Below are positions 47,443-56,950 of a stretch of 64,000 bases of DNA, piece by piece; positions within the stretch are counted from its first letter, which is position 1; the number at the start of each line of letters is the position of its first letter. The translations under genes were made by a program, and so were the position numbers. This DNA comes from an archaeon (GTDB lineage Archaea; B1Sed10-29; JAJRYS01): NCBI GenBank assembly GCA_024275665.1, contig JAJRYS010000018.1, forward strand, positions 5,442-69,441, written 5' to 3'. Under the pieces are notes generated by a model. It did no database searches. It saw nothing but the letters and a program-made list of their open reading frames with translations, and was not told the DNA's origin.

Positions 47443-48321
47443 CTATGCCACCATCGAAAGCAATCTCCAAGTTATTTGAGGAACAAGGCCAAGGATTATT
47501 ATGCTCCCTGCAAGCACTCCGTTTAGGAAAGTAACTGGTTTTGGCACTTTCCTCTTTTCCCCTTCCCCGACTAATAATACATACACTATTTTGTAATACA
47601 TTATGAACAATAATAATGCTGCGAATACTCCCAGCAGAGAGATTGAAGGGCTTGTTTTGAAAGCAGTAGTGAACAACACCCATTCTGATATGAATATATT
47701 GAAACCAGGCAATCCTGCTAATGACAAACAAGCAATAGTAGCAAAAGCATCATTCCACTTGTTGTAGAACACGAATCCTCTTAACTCATGAACATATTCC
47801 TTGCCTCTTGCAAACACGCCAATAGTCAAAAACAAGCAGAGCCCTGCTATGGAATAGTGAAATACTTGAGCTGTTTTTATGATGATTTCTGCCCCTGTCA
47901 TCATGCCAACACTTAAATCTAAGAAGACGAAGGTTACTTGAGCAGCGTTTGAAATAAGCAAGTACTTCCTCAGGTTTTTTTCAAAAACGCCAGCCACTGC
48001 AAGTAGACAGATAACCATGAGAGAAGCGAAAGCAGCTAGTTTGTAAGGAAAGAAAATAGATTCAAACAAATGAAGTAACAAGAAGGAGAAAGAAACAGCA
48101 GCAAGCATGCTTGAGCCAGCGAACAAGCCGTAAGGAAGTTTTTTGTAGTATAATAAAGGAAGGAACAGGAATAATGACAATGAAGGGAGGCTCAAACTTG
48201 CAAATGAAACAGCACCTAGTAAAACCAGCCACGTGAGGCTTTTCCTGTCATAGTAAAAGCAGTAAACTCCTGTGAACAAGAGAACCATTCCAAGCAACGT
48301 GGCGAATAAGGCCTCAACCAT
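47443..48321 (-). CDS. hydrogenase-associated polytopic membrane subunit (Mrp/NuoL-like fragment size)
   Basis: 292 aa, about 9 TM, first gene of operon. Confidence 0.4.
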   Translation of the reverse strand: MVEALFATLLGMVLLFTGVYCFYYDRKSLTWLVLLGAVSFASLSLPSLSLFLFLPLLYYKKLPYGLFAGSSMLAAVSFSFLLLHLFESIFFPYKLAAFASLMVICLLAVAGVFEKNLRKYLLISNAAQVTFVFLDLSVGMMTGAEIIIKTAQVFHYSIAGLCLFLTIGVFARGKEYVHELRGFVFYNKWNDAFATIACLSLAGLPGFNIFISEWVLFTTAFKTSPSISLLGVFAALLLFIMYYKIVYVLLVGEGEKRKVPKPVTFLNGVLAGSIIILGLVPQITWRLLSMVA

Positions 48322-48357
48322 GCTATTACTAAAACCCAGCGAGGTTTATATTTCAAA

Positions 48358-48527
48358 CGCCTCGGGCAGGATTTTCTCACCGTCCAGTTGGCTTTTTTCC
48401 GCTGTGAAGCGGAAACCAGGCCACTTCAGCTTCAGCTGAATGTGGTCTCAGCCAGCCGGATACGGATGTTCGAACCTGCGGTCTCACGGTTAACAGCCGT
48501 GCGCTTTAGCCACTAAGCTACCGAGGC
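48358..48527 (-). tRNA. tRNA-Asn(GTT) with about 100-nt intron in T-loop (59/60)
   Basis: Minus strand: GCCTCGG TA GCTT AGTGGCTA AAGC G CACGG CTGTTAA CCGTG AGAC CGCAGG TTCGAA [insert] T CCTGC CCGAGGC G. Confidence 0.6.
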
Positions 48528-48598
48528 GTTGTTTGTTCAGTGTCTGAGAATGTTTGTGTGTAGTGTTTGTTTCTTTAGAATTGGTTTTATTTAAAACA

Positions 48599-49876
48599 TT
48601 AAGGATAGTATCTTTCAGGTGTTCTTGGGAATGGTATTGCGTCTTTTATAGAGTCAAGCTTGCAAATCCACTGGATCAAGCGCTCTACTCCCATTCCGAA
48701 TCCAGCGTGAGGCACTGCTCCGTACTTCCTGAGGTCGAAGTACCATTCGTAGTGTTTTGGATCTTCTCCTTTTTCAATGAGTGCTTTCTTCATTTCCTCG
48801 ATGTCAAGGTCTCTTTCACTCCCTCCTATTACTTCGAATCCCACTTCTGGGAGTAAGACGTCTAGGCATCTTGCTACTTCAGGGTCTTCAGGATCTCTTG
48901 GTTTGTAGAAAGCCATTGCTGATTTCGGGTAATGAGTTACTATTAACGGCTTGTCGTAGTGAGTCATTAATTGTTTTTCTTCCTTGGTTCTGAGGTCTTT
49001 CCCGAAAGGAACACTTATTCCATCTTTTTCAAGAATCTTCAAAGCTTCTCTGTAAGTGATTCTTGGAAAAGGAGGTTTTATTCTGAGCATTTCTTCAGGG
49101 TCTCTTCCCAGGAGTTTGAGTTCTTCAGGGTATTCTTCTGCAACGTATTCGCATACGTATGAGATTAGTTCTTCACTTGTCTTTGCAAGCTCGTCCAAGT
49201 CCATCCAAGCTGCTTCCATCTCAGCGTGCCAGTATTCTGTCAAGTGGCGTGCTGTTTTTGACTTCTCAGCTCTGAACGAAGGGTTTATAGTGTATATTCT
49301 TTCAAGAGCAGGGAGTAATGCTTCTGCGTAGAACTGCCATGTTTGTGACAATCTTAGTTTTTTCCCAAAGTAGTCTACTTCAAATAATTCCAAACCACTT
49401 TCAGAAGTCATGGTGATGAAAGGAGCGTGAGTCTCGTAGTATCCTTTTTTCTTGAAGTATTCCCTAATGGCCCAGAACACAGCGCTTCTAACCTTCCACA
49501 CTGCTGTCAGCTTTCTTGACCTGACTGCCAAGTGCCTTACGTCAAGAAGGAATTCTTCTGAATAGTCTTTCGTAATCGGGAATCTTTCAGCAAGTTGCAC
49601 TACTTCGTATTCTTCTACTCTTACTTCGTAGCCTCCTGGCGCTCTCTCATCTTTGACTACTTTTCCTTTTAGTTTGATGCTTGATTCTATGGTTGTTTTT
49701 TCTGCTTTTTCAAAGAAAGGAGAGTCTTTTTTCACAGTGCATTGGATTATGCCGCTTGAGTCTCGCAGGATTATGAAAACTACTTCTTTCGTGGCTCTGT
49801 GTCTGTAAACCCAGCCACGCAACCACACGCTTTCTCCTTCGTGTTCCGGCACTTCAGAAACTTTTATGAAATCCAT
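48599..49876 (-). CDS. asnS: asparaginyl-tRNA synthetase (class IIb)
   Basis: OB-fold N-terminus, motif 2 FRAE, RHLTEYWHAEME and SQTWQFYAEA fit AsnRS rather than AspRS, motif 3 GFGMGVERL. Confidence 0.7.
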   Translation of the reverse strand: MDFIKVSEVPEHEGESVWLRGWVYRHRATKEVVFIILRDSSGIIQCTVKKDSPFFEKAEKTTIESSIKLKGKVVKDERAPGGYEVRVEEYEVVQLAERFPITKDYSEEFLLDVRHLAVRSRKLTAVWKVRSAVFWAIREYFKKKGYYETHAPFITMTSESGLELFEVDYFGKKLRLSQTWQFYAEALLPALERIYTINPSFRAEKSKTARHLTEYWHAEMEAAWMDLDELAKTSEELISYVCEYVAEEYPEELKLLGRDPEEMLRIKPPFPRITYREALKILEKDGISVPFGKDLRTKEEKQLMTHYDKPLIVTHYPKSAMAFYKPRDPEDPEVARCLDVLLPEVGFEVIGGSERDLDIEEMKKALIEKGEDPKHYEWYFDLRKYGAVPHAGFGMGVERLIQWICKLDSIKDAIPFPRTPERYYP

Positions 49877-50084
49877 GTTGTTTATTGAGAATGCTTTCCT
49901 TTATAACGATTTTGGTGGAAGTATTAGAGTGCTTACGCTGTGGAAAGAGCTTCATGCTCTGAGTCTTGAGACTAAAGAATTCACTCCTGCCCCTTGCGGG
50001 GCATTATTAGACTCATTCATCTTCATCATCACTGGTTATTGTCTTCGTCCTGGTTTAAAAACATTGCTTGTATAATGAAAAATC

Positions 50085-50663
50085 ATGTGGTCAAAGCATG
50101 AGATAAGCGAGTTAGTGAAGAAAGCGTTGGAAGCAGGAGCAGTGCTTGAACTTACTGATTCTCAGGTTGTTTCTTTGCTGTCTTTTGAAAAATCACCTGC
50201 TAGTGACGTGGGGGGGAATGTAATGAACAGGGTTAAAGAAGCTGTTTTCCTGCATGCTGATAAGAAAGCACCAGTGCGTTTGAAAGTGTTTGAAAAACAA
50301 TGGCCTGAGAAAAAGTTTGAAGTGTTCCTCTTTTCTAACGAAGGAAAGCTTGCAGGTCCTGATGCTTTTGACGAGTTGTACTTGTTCAAAGGTAATGTTT
50401 ACTCAGTCCCTCCTACTCCTGGCAAGGAACTGCAAATAGTAAAAGAAAAAGGAAGCAGGATAACAAGTTTTGTTGAAGCGTTCGCTGCAAGGATAGGAGC
50501 AGGGTTGGAGGAATTGAAAGAAGATTTTGAAACAATTGAAATGAGCAGGATTGGAAGCTTGGAACAAGCAAACATAATGGTTCCTAAGTTTTTGAAGAAG
50601 TTTATAAAAACAGAATTCATAGACGCTGATGTTGGCTTGCATGCAGAATTAAGAGTGGTTTGA
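50085..50663 (+). CDS. hypothetical protein
   Basis: 192 aa ORF, no motif recognised. Confidence 0.35.
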   Translation: MWSKHEISELVKKALEAGAVLELTDSQVVSLLSFEKSPASDVGGNVMNRVKEAVFLHADKKAPVRLKVFEKQWPEKKFEVFLFSNEGKLAGPDAFDELYLFKGNVYSVPPTPGKELQIVKEKGSRITSFVEAFAARIGAGLEELKEDFETIEMSRIGSLEQANIMVPKFLKKFIKTEFIDADVGLHAELRVV

Positions 50664-50668
50664 TGAAA

Positions 50669-52573
50669 TTATTTCAGCCTTATTGAGTCAAGGTTTCTTG
50701 GAGCTGTTGCTTCTACTTTGAACTTGTAAGCAATTGAGCGCGCTAGGTTCATGCATTTCTTTTCTTCCCCGTGAACAGTTAATACTCTTTCTGGCTTTGG
50801 GTTAAGCTTCTTGTAATATCCTAATAGTTGGTTGAGGTCAGCGTGCCCTGAAAAACCCTCGATTGTCTCCACTCTTGCTTTTATCTTGAATTCTTGAGTG
50901 CGCCCGTTTTCTTCCAGCACAGCTTCTTTTGCTCCTCTTTGTATTTTTCTTCCAAGGCTTCCTTCTGCTTGGTATCCTACGAACACTAACGCGTTCTTCT
51001 CGTCTTCTGCTATTGCTTTGAAGTATTCAAGCACTGGACCTCCGTTCATCATTCCAGCAGGAGCAAGTATTACGCATCTCCCGTCTTCTGCTATCTGCCT
51101 TCTTTGCTTTGGATCTGCGTTTTGGAATATGTTTGAGTTGAAAGGAGAATTATTGTGAAGTATTCTTCTTTGAAGTGACCTTTTCAAGTACTCAGGGTAT
51201 ATGGCGTGCATTGCAGAAGCTTCTTTAGTCATTCCGTCTAAGTAAACTGGTATGTCCCAGCCTCCTTTTTGCCTGGCGTACGACTCTATCACCATCATAA
51301 CTTCTTGCGCTCTTCCAACAGCGAATGAAGGAATGAGAACTGTGCCATTATTTTCAGTTACTTCAAGGATTAAGTTTATTAGTTCTTTTTCAGCAACGTA
51401 TCTTGGTTTTTGAATATCCTGTGGTCCTCCGTAAGTTGATTCTATTATTAGTGTTTCAAGTCTTGGGAAGCTGGGGTCTGCTGAGTCAAACAACTCTGCG
51501 TAGCCGAATTTCAAGTCGCCGGTGTACACTAAATTGTGTGCCCCTTCTCCTATGTGCAAGTGCACTATTGAAGAACCAAGAATGTGCCCTGCGTTGTGAA
51601 GAGTAAGCCTCACGTCAGGGGCTATGTCAGTCACTTCTCCGTACGCTCTTGGTATTACGTGTTTTAATTCTTCTTTTATATCTTTTTCAGAGTATAAGGG
51701 TGTTTTTGCGTTTCTTTCAAGTACGCTTATGTAGTCTTTTTGAAGTAAGACCATGACGTCTCTTGTTGCTGGAGTAACGTATACTGGCCCGTCGTACCCG
51801 TATTGGAACAAGTATGGCAGGAAGCCGCTGTGGTCTAAGTGCCCGTGCGTGATAACCACTGCATCCAGTTCTTCTAATGAGAAGTCAACTGATGACAAAT
51901 AAGGAAACATTTTATCTGAATTGCCTGCTACGCTTACTCCGCAGTCAAGCATTATCTTGCTTTCAGGAGTCTCTACTAAGATGCATGACCTTCCTACTTC
52001 CCTCCATCCTCCTAATCCTGTTATTCTAATCCAGTCTGTTGGTTTCTTGTCTTCTTTGTAAATCCTCTTACCTACTCTTTTAAGTATTTTTTTCCTGTCA
52101 GCGCTTTCCTTTATCAAGAGTTCTCTTATTGCTCTTATTGTCTTGGCTTCTTCAGGAGCTGCTCTTAATAATCTTACTCCCCATCCTGTTTCCTGTGTTA
52201 TTTTTTTGAGAGTAGAACCTCCTTTTCCTATTACTAAGCCTAGTTTTTCAGCCTCTATTACTGCTTCATTAAAACTAGTGTCAAAATAAATGTTTTTCAC
52301 TCCTGCTTCCAATGGTATTATTTCTTCTATTCTTTTCTTAGCTTCCTCTGGTTCTGTTAGTATTGAAGAAGCAGGCCTTATGATGAATTTTTTCTTAAAA
52401 GTGCTTGCAAGTCTTTTAATTATGGTTTCATCGCTTAGAAACTTGTTAATAGTGCTCGTGTAAATGACTATGTCTGGCCCTTCGTATTCCAATGAGGATA
52501 TTTCACACTCTTCTGGTAATACTTCTTTCATTTTTTTCTCAAGTTCTTTTAAAAACTGCGTCAAAACAAGCAC
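50669..52573 (-). CDS. aCPSF1 (KH-KH-metallo-beta-lactamase-beta-CASP RNase)
   Basis: HGHLDHSG, N-terminal KH-like domains, 634 aa. Confidence 0.85.
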   Translation of the reverse strand: MLVLTQFLKELEKKMKEVLPEECEISSLEYEGPDIVIYTSTINKFLSDETIIKRLASTFKKKFIIRPASSILTEPEEAKKRIEEIIPLEAGVKNIYFDTSFNEAVIEAEKLGLVIGKGGSTLKKITQETGWGVRLLRAAPEEAKTIRAIRELLIKESADRKKILKRVGKRIYKEDKKPTDWIRITGLGGWREVGRSCILVETPESKIMLDCGVSVAGNSDKMFPYLSSVDFSLEELDAVVITHGHLDHSGFLPYLFQYGYDGPVYVTPATRDVMVLLQKDYISVLERNAKTPLYSEKDIKEELKHVIPRAYGEVTDIAPDVRLTLHNAGHILGSSIVHLHIGEGAHNLVYTGDLKFGYAELFDSADPSFPRLETLIIESTYGGPQDIQKPRYVAEKELINLILEVTENNGTVLIPSFAVGRAQEVMMVIESYARQKGGWDIPVYLDGMTKEASAMHAIYPEYLKRSLQRRILHNNSPFNSNIFQNADPKQRRQIAEDGRCVILAPAGMMNGGPVLEYFKAIAEDEKNALVFVGYQAEGSLGRKIQRGAKEAVLEENGRTQEFKIKARVETIEGFSGHADLNQLLGYYKKLNPKPERVLTVHGEEKKCMNLARSIAYKFKVEATAPRNLDSIRLK

Positions 52574-52618
52574 CTGCTATTTAGTATTTGGTGAACAGTA
52601 AAGGTTTTTTTAATCATT

Positions 52619-53242
52619 TTATTCTTTTTTCAAGTATTGTTGTATCTCTTTTTTCTCAAGCATTCTAATTCCTTTCTTGTTTATGATTGCTATATCAAAC
52701 CCTGTTCCTCCAGAGTATATGTCTCTTTCTGTAGCTGATTTCAGAGCCTTAACTGCTGTTGGAATGTTTTCTTTCACTGTTCTCCCTTCTTCGTATTTGT
52801 CTTCTATTACACCATAAGCCACTGGTGACCCTGAACCTGTTGCCACGCTTTTCTCCGGAAGCAGTCCTCCGAATGCGTCAACAGAGAACAACCTTGGCTG
52901 GGTGTCATAACCTCCTATTAGGAGTTGAACGTAATAAGGGAAGAATTTGTTGTTCTGAAGAATGTTAGCAAGAAGCGTTGCAGCGCTTTCAACGCTTATT
53001 TTTTTCTTTCTCTGAATTTCATATAAGGCGCATTGCGCTCTTAGTACTTTAATAAGCCTTTGAGCGTCTCCTACTCCTCCTGCTATTGACATGACTATGC
53101 TGTCAGTTATTTTGAACACTTTCTGAGCTTCTTTGTTAGCTATTAATGAGCCCATTGTTGCTTTTCTCTCTGCTCCTATTATTACTCCGTCAGAGCAAAG
53201 AAGTCCAACATTCGTGGTTCCTTTTTTTGGTTGTTCTTCCAT
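52619..53242 (-). CDS. psmB: proteasome beta subunit
   Basis: Propeptide then GTTNVGL active-site Thr; start moved to internal Met (MEEQPKKG) to remove overlap with FKBP gene. Confidence 0.8.
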   Translation of the reverse strand: MEEQPKKGTTNVGLLCSDGVIIGAERKATMGSLIANKEAQKVFKITDSIVMSIAGGVGDAQRLIKVLRAQCALYEIQRKKKISVESAATLLANILQNNKFFPYYVQLLIGGYDTQPRLFSVDAFGGLLPEKSVATGSGSPVAYGVIEDKYEEGRTVKENIPTAVKALKSATERDIYSGGTGFDIAIINKKGIRMLEKKEIQQYLKKE

Positions 53243-53327
53243 TAACTCTACTCCTTTTAAATTCTCTAAAATAAGGGTTTGCTGGGTTGCTTTATTAGTG
53301 TTCCTTTTTATATTTAAATGTTTGTTT

Positions 53328-54011
53328 TTAGTATTCTTCGTTGAATTTAACTTTTTCAACACCAACGTACTTCTTCAGGTCTTTTGTTACCATGAGTTTT
53401 CTTGTTTGAATGTCTTTTAATTTCGTGGCTTCTTTTGAAAGGCTTACTATTGCTTCTTTGTCTTTTATTTCTACTTTCACTTCTCCAGGGAAGAAGGATT
53501 CTGTTATTGCTTTTGCTATATCTTCTTTCTTCTCAAGTTTTTCAACCACTTTAATATCAAATATCAAAGTCTTGCCAGCAAGAGGGTGATTGAAATCTAT
53601 TCTCACTCTTCCTCCGCTTACTGATTGAATTCTTGCAGGCATTCCTTCAATGTCTATTACCATTCCAGGATAAGGAGTGATGTTATTGTCTTTGAAAGTT
53701 TTCAAAGGAACAAGCTTTACCAGTTCTTCTTTCCTTTCTCCATAAGCCTTGTCAGGGCTTATTTCAACTGTCTTGCTTTCACCTGGTTTCATTCCTTTCA
53801 ATGCTTCTTCAAACCCAGGAATGAGTTGGTTGTCTCCTATTATCATCAAAATAGGCTCGTATTTCTTTCCAGGAGTAAGTACTCCTTCTTTCTTAGCGAC
53901 TTCTTCATCATTAGTGTCGAATATTTTGTTGTTTGTTTTATCCCTCCCAGTGTATATTACTTTGAAGAACTCCATCAAATCACCAGTTAGTTTATTAAAA
54001 CTCTTCTGCAT
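53328..54011 (-). CDS. FKBP-type peptidyl-prolyl isomerase, long archaeal form with IF domain
   Basis: FKBP core plus insert and C-terminal domain, 227 aa. Confidence 0.7.
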   Translation of the reverse strand: MQKSFNKLTGDLMEFFKVIYTGRDKTNNKIFDTNDEEVAKKEGVLTPGKKYEPILMIIGDNQLIPGFEEALKGMKPGESKTVEISPDKAYGERKEELVKLVPLKTFKDNNITPYPGMVIDIEGMPARIQSVSGGRVRIDFNHPLAGKTLIFDIKVVEKLEKKEDIAKAITESFFPGEVKVEIKDKEAIVSLSKEATKLKDIQTRKLMVTKDLKKYVGVEKVKFNEEY

Positions 54012-54040
54012 TATAAATAAAGCAGGAGGTTTGTATTATT

Positions 54041-55117
54041 ATGAAAACTTCTTTTAAAACATTACTGCTCATCATTATTGCTATTATAATTCTATCAGCA
54101 GGTCCTCTTATTTATTTTACGAGAACGCCTGCGCAAATCAACTTGAATCAGTCGAGTGAAAACTTTCTAAGAGTTTTCAGTGGTAATGTCACTGGAAAAG
54201 TGGTATTTATCCCAACCTCCTTGTCCTATGTGGGTGTGTCAAACCGTAATGATGATTTTTTTGTGAGAGAAGTGAATGAAACAGCATCAGGGATTAGTCC
54301 AGGATGCACTATGCGGCTTCCTACTCTTAATCCTTACGGAAATGGATACAGGTATGAGATTGTTTGTTCTCTTGTTTCATCTGATGATGTTCTCAGTGTT
54401 GGATTCAAGCTTTACAACAGGCTTCATTATTTGTTCAATCAGGATTTTTTCCCTAATTATATTGGCAGGGTTAAGCTTCCTCTTTCTTTTAACATGAGCG
54501 GGGAAGTAATTAAAACAACCAATACTACGGATACTGCTTCAGCTATTTTATACTACTCTGAATTGAATGAAACTAATGTAGTGATTGAATGTCCTCAAAT
54601 AGTGGTAAACCCCTCGAATGTAGTGGTGAAGAGTCCTGGTTTATGCGTTGACGTTACTCCTAAGGGAAAGCTCGGATTGTCTCCTCTTCAGGAATTATTC
54701 TATGCCAAGAATTTCAACAAAACCCTTGAGCTTAATGTCACGGATTACTACGCATATGGTTTGAGAGCAGAAGCAGAAGGCAACAAGACTAATGAAACAA
54801 AGTCAGATTTAATTACCTATTCTAGTTATTCCCCTTCCACTGGCAAGACTGTTGTTTATGCTGAAGACTTTAACAAGTCAAAGGTTGATGAGCTTGCAGA
54901 TGAGCTTGAGTCAAAAGGATTCACAGTAGAAGAGTACAGGATAGGAATAGCTTCAATGCCTTCAAGAATAAGCACTGATTACTCCTCTTACTTTGTTCCA
55001 AACAGGTTGAGAAGGATAAAAGTAAAACTAGGGTTGGATGAGGAACTAGGAGTCAAGACTGTAACACTAGTAGTCCAAGCAATATTTGATGACGTTGTAA
55101 ACATTTATACTTATTAA
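54041..55117 (+). CDS. secreted hypothetical protein
   Basis: N-terminal signal/TM helix, N-x-S/T rich. Confidence 0.4.
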   Translation: MKTSFKTLLLIIIAIIILSAGPLIYFTRTPAQINLNQSSENFLRVFSGNVTGKVVFIPTSLSYVGVSNRNDDFFVREVNETASGISPGCTMRLPTLNPYGNGYRYEIVCSLVSSDDVLSVGFKLYNRLHYLFNQDFFPNYIGRVKLPLSFNMSGEVIKTTNTTDTASAILYYSELNETNVVIECPQIVVNPSNVVVKSPGLCVDVTPKGKLGLSPLQELFYAKNFNKTLELNVTDYYAYGLRAEAEGNKTNETKSDLITYSSYSPSTGKTVVYAEDFNKSKVDELADELESKGFTVEEYRIGIASMPSRISTDYSSYFVPNRLRRIKVKLGLDEELGVKTVTLVVQAIFDDVVNIYTY

Positions 55118-55458
55118 CTCTCTTTTTCTTTCAGCATTAGAATAGCTTCTGCGATGTCCCCGTTTTTCTCTTCAAGCGCTTTTCTTGCTTCTTCCTCACT
55201 TACTCCTGCTTGCCCTGCTACTATTTTCACATCTTCTTCTGATACTGTTTCTTCCTCAACATCCCCGGTTATCTGAAAACTTTTGTTCCCTTGCATTTCA
55301 ACTACTGTCACTGAAGGATTCTTAATCCTGATGGTTTTTTCCCCTTTTATTATGACTTCTTCTGCTTCTATTTGAGTTGTTTTCACTCCCATTTTCTTCA
55401 TCAATGCTTCTACTTGCTTAGGATTGAACATACCACCACCTATGTGTTTTTTTAACAA
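55114..55458 (-). CDS. nac: nascent polypeptide-associated complex alpha subunit
   Basis: NAC domain plus C-terminal UBA (EEEARKALEEKNGDIAEAILML). Confidence 0.7.
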   Translation of the reverse strand: MLKKHIGGGMFNPKQVEALMKKMGVKTTQIEAEEVIIKGEKTIRIKNPSVTVVEMQGNKSFQITGDVEEETVSEEDVKIVAGQAGVSEEEARKALEEKNGDIAEAILMLKEKES

Positions 55459-55479
55459 AGTATTCCTTTATTAAACAAC

Positions 55480-56070
55480 ATGCAAGAAGAACAGTTAAAA
55501 GGACTTGATGAACAAGCTAGAAGAATAGTAGAGGAGTATTTGAAAATAGGGGGTGTTGTAAGAATCAAAGAAGGTAGGATAATTTACCCTGATAAGAAAA
55601 GAATAGTTTCCCAACTTGAACAAGTAAAGAAAAGGATTGAAGCAATAAAACAACAGCAATTGGAGCTTAATAAAAAAAAGAAAGAATACGACTACAAGAC
55701 AGTTCTTTCTGAGATGGTTTGTTTCACTGATCCCCTTTACTGGAAGCACTTGTTGAAAATGCTTACTGACAAAGGATACAGGGAAGTGTTTGAAACAGTA
55801 GAACCTCCTGTTAACAGGGTTAAGGACCCTAAGTGGAGGAACATGATTAGAATGTTTGTGAAAAGCGAAGAATACAGGCAAAGGTTGTTAGAAGCTAAGA
55901 CAAGCAAGCTTGGAAAACACAGGAAGACAATCCGAGAAACAGTGGAGAAAAATCTTGAAGCAACACAAGAGTTGATAAAGCACAGGCTTGAAAAGCTTGA
56001 AAAAGAAAAGCAACAATTAATGAGAAAAGAAAAAGCACTTTCTTCTATGACAAGACTGTTACAAACTTAA
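55480..56070 (+). CDS. coiled-coil hypothetical protein
   Basis: K/E/R-rich helical ORF. Confidence 0.3.
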   Translation: MQEEQLKGLDEQARRIVEEYLKIGGVVRIKEGRIIYPDKKRIVSQLEQVKKRIEAIKQQQLELNKKKKEYDYKTVLSEMVCFTDPLYWKHLLKMLTDKGYREVFETVEPPVNRVKDPKWRNMIRMFVKSEEYRQRLLEAKTSKLGKHRKTIRETVEKNLEATQELIKHRLEKLEKEKQQLMRKEKALSSMTRLLQT

Positions 56071-56274
56071 GGGCTTAAAAGCAACATGAAAGGTTGTGAA
56101 AAATATTTATAGCTAAGGTATTCTATTAATGTTGGTATGAAAAGAATTAAGAAAGCAGCAAGAGCCTGATTGTTCTCTATTCTCGTTTTGAAAGCCTCGT
56201 CGAATAGTGCTATTGCTAGTGAGATTATGAAAAAATCAATCAACCAGCTCAAAACGTATAACAGCATTGCTTAA

Positions 56275-56901
56275 TCACATCATTGTAGGAGTTCTTACGA
56301 AGAGCATTAAGACAGCCATTAATAAGAAAAACACAGCCATTAAGGCCCCTGTCGTTGCTCCGTAAACCATTCCTGCTTTTGGAAGGCTTGTTTTCTGCAC
56401 TCTTGATAGTGATTGAAGCATCACTGCATTAACAATGCTTCCTGCAATAGAAGTTATTAAAACACCAATTCCCATTGCAAGGTAATAAACTGGAATGTTT
56501 TTAGTGACCGCTCCTATTACTCCTAAAAGCATTGCCGGGGCGCTTGCTATGGCAATCATGGGGATTACTATTCCAAACAATCCCATTATTTTGCCAGAGT
56601 TAGCCTTCCCTCCAGTTGCTTTGCTTATCAAACTCAGCACAACACTGAAAATACCAAGCCCTATCATACTTATGAATGGAAGTAGTATGAGACTAAAAAT
56701 TAATATCATTATTGTTGATTGAATGTTTTTAGAAAATGGAACAATTAAAGCGCTGAATATTACTCCTATGATTAGCGAAAACAACCCTATTGAGATTAGT
56801 CCTTCTTTTGAGTTGAGTTTTCCTCTTTCAAGTTTCTTAGCAACCTTGTCAGCGTCTATTATTCCTTTAAACCACAAAGATATGTACTCCTTCACATTCA
56901 T
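56275..56901 (-). CDS. polytopic membrane protein
   Basis: 5-6 TM helices. Confidence 0.4.
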   Translation of the reverse strand: MNVKEYISLWFKGIIDADKVAKKLERGKLNSKEGLISIGLFSLIIGVIFSALIVPFSKNIQSTIMILIFSLILLPFISMIGLGIFSVVLSLISKATGGKANSGKIMGLFGIVIPMIAIASAPAMLLGVIGAVTKNIPVYYLAMGIGVLITSIAGSIVNAVMLQSLSRVQKTSLPKAGMVYGATTGALMAVFFLLMAVLMLFVRTPTMM

Positions 56902-56950
56902 TTCTCATCACCTTAAGCCTATTTGAAACAAGCACTATTTTTATTGGTTT

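Noticed and set aside
47438-47731. 97-aa ORF overlapping hydrogenase membrane subunit
   Set aside because: Different frame within gene 47443-48321; the short segment 47280-47441 is instead explained by a coupled 53-aa ORF in another frame
52619-53365. Proteasome beta ORF N-terminal 41 codons overlapping FKBP gene
   Set aside because: Extension is K/N-rich with no function and overlaps the upstream gene; internal Met before the GTTNVG propeptide junction is the likely start
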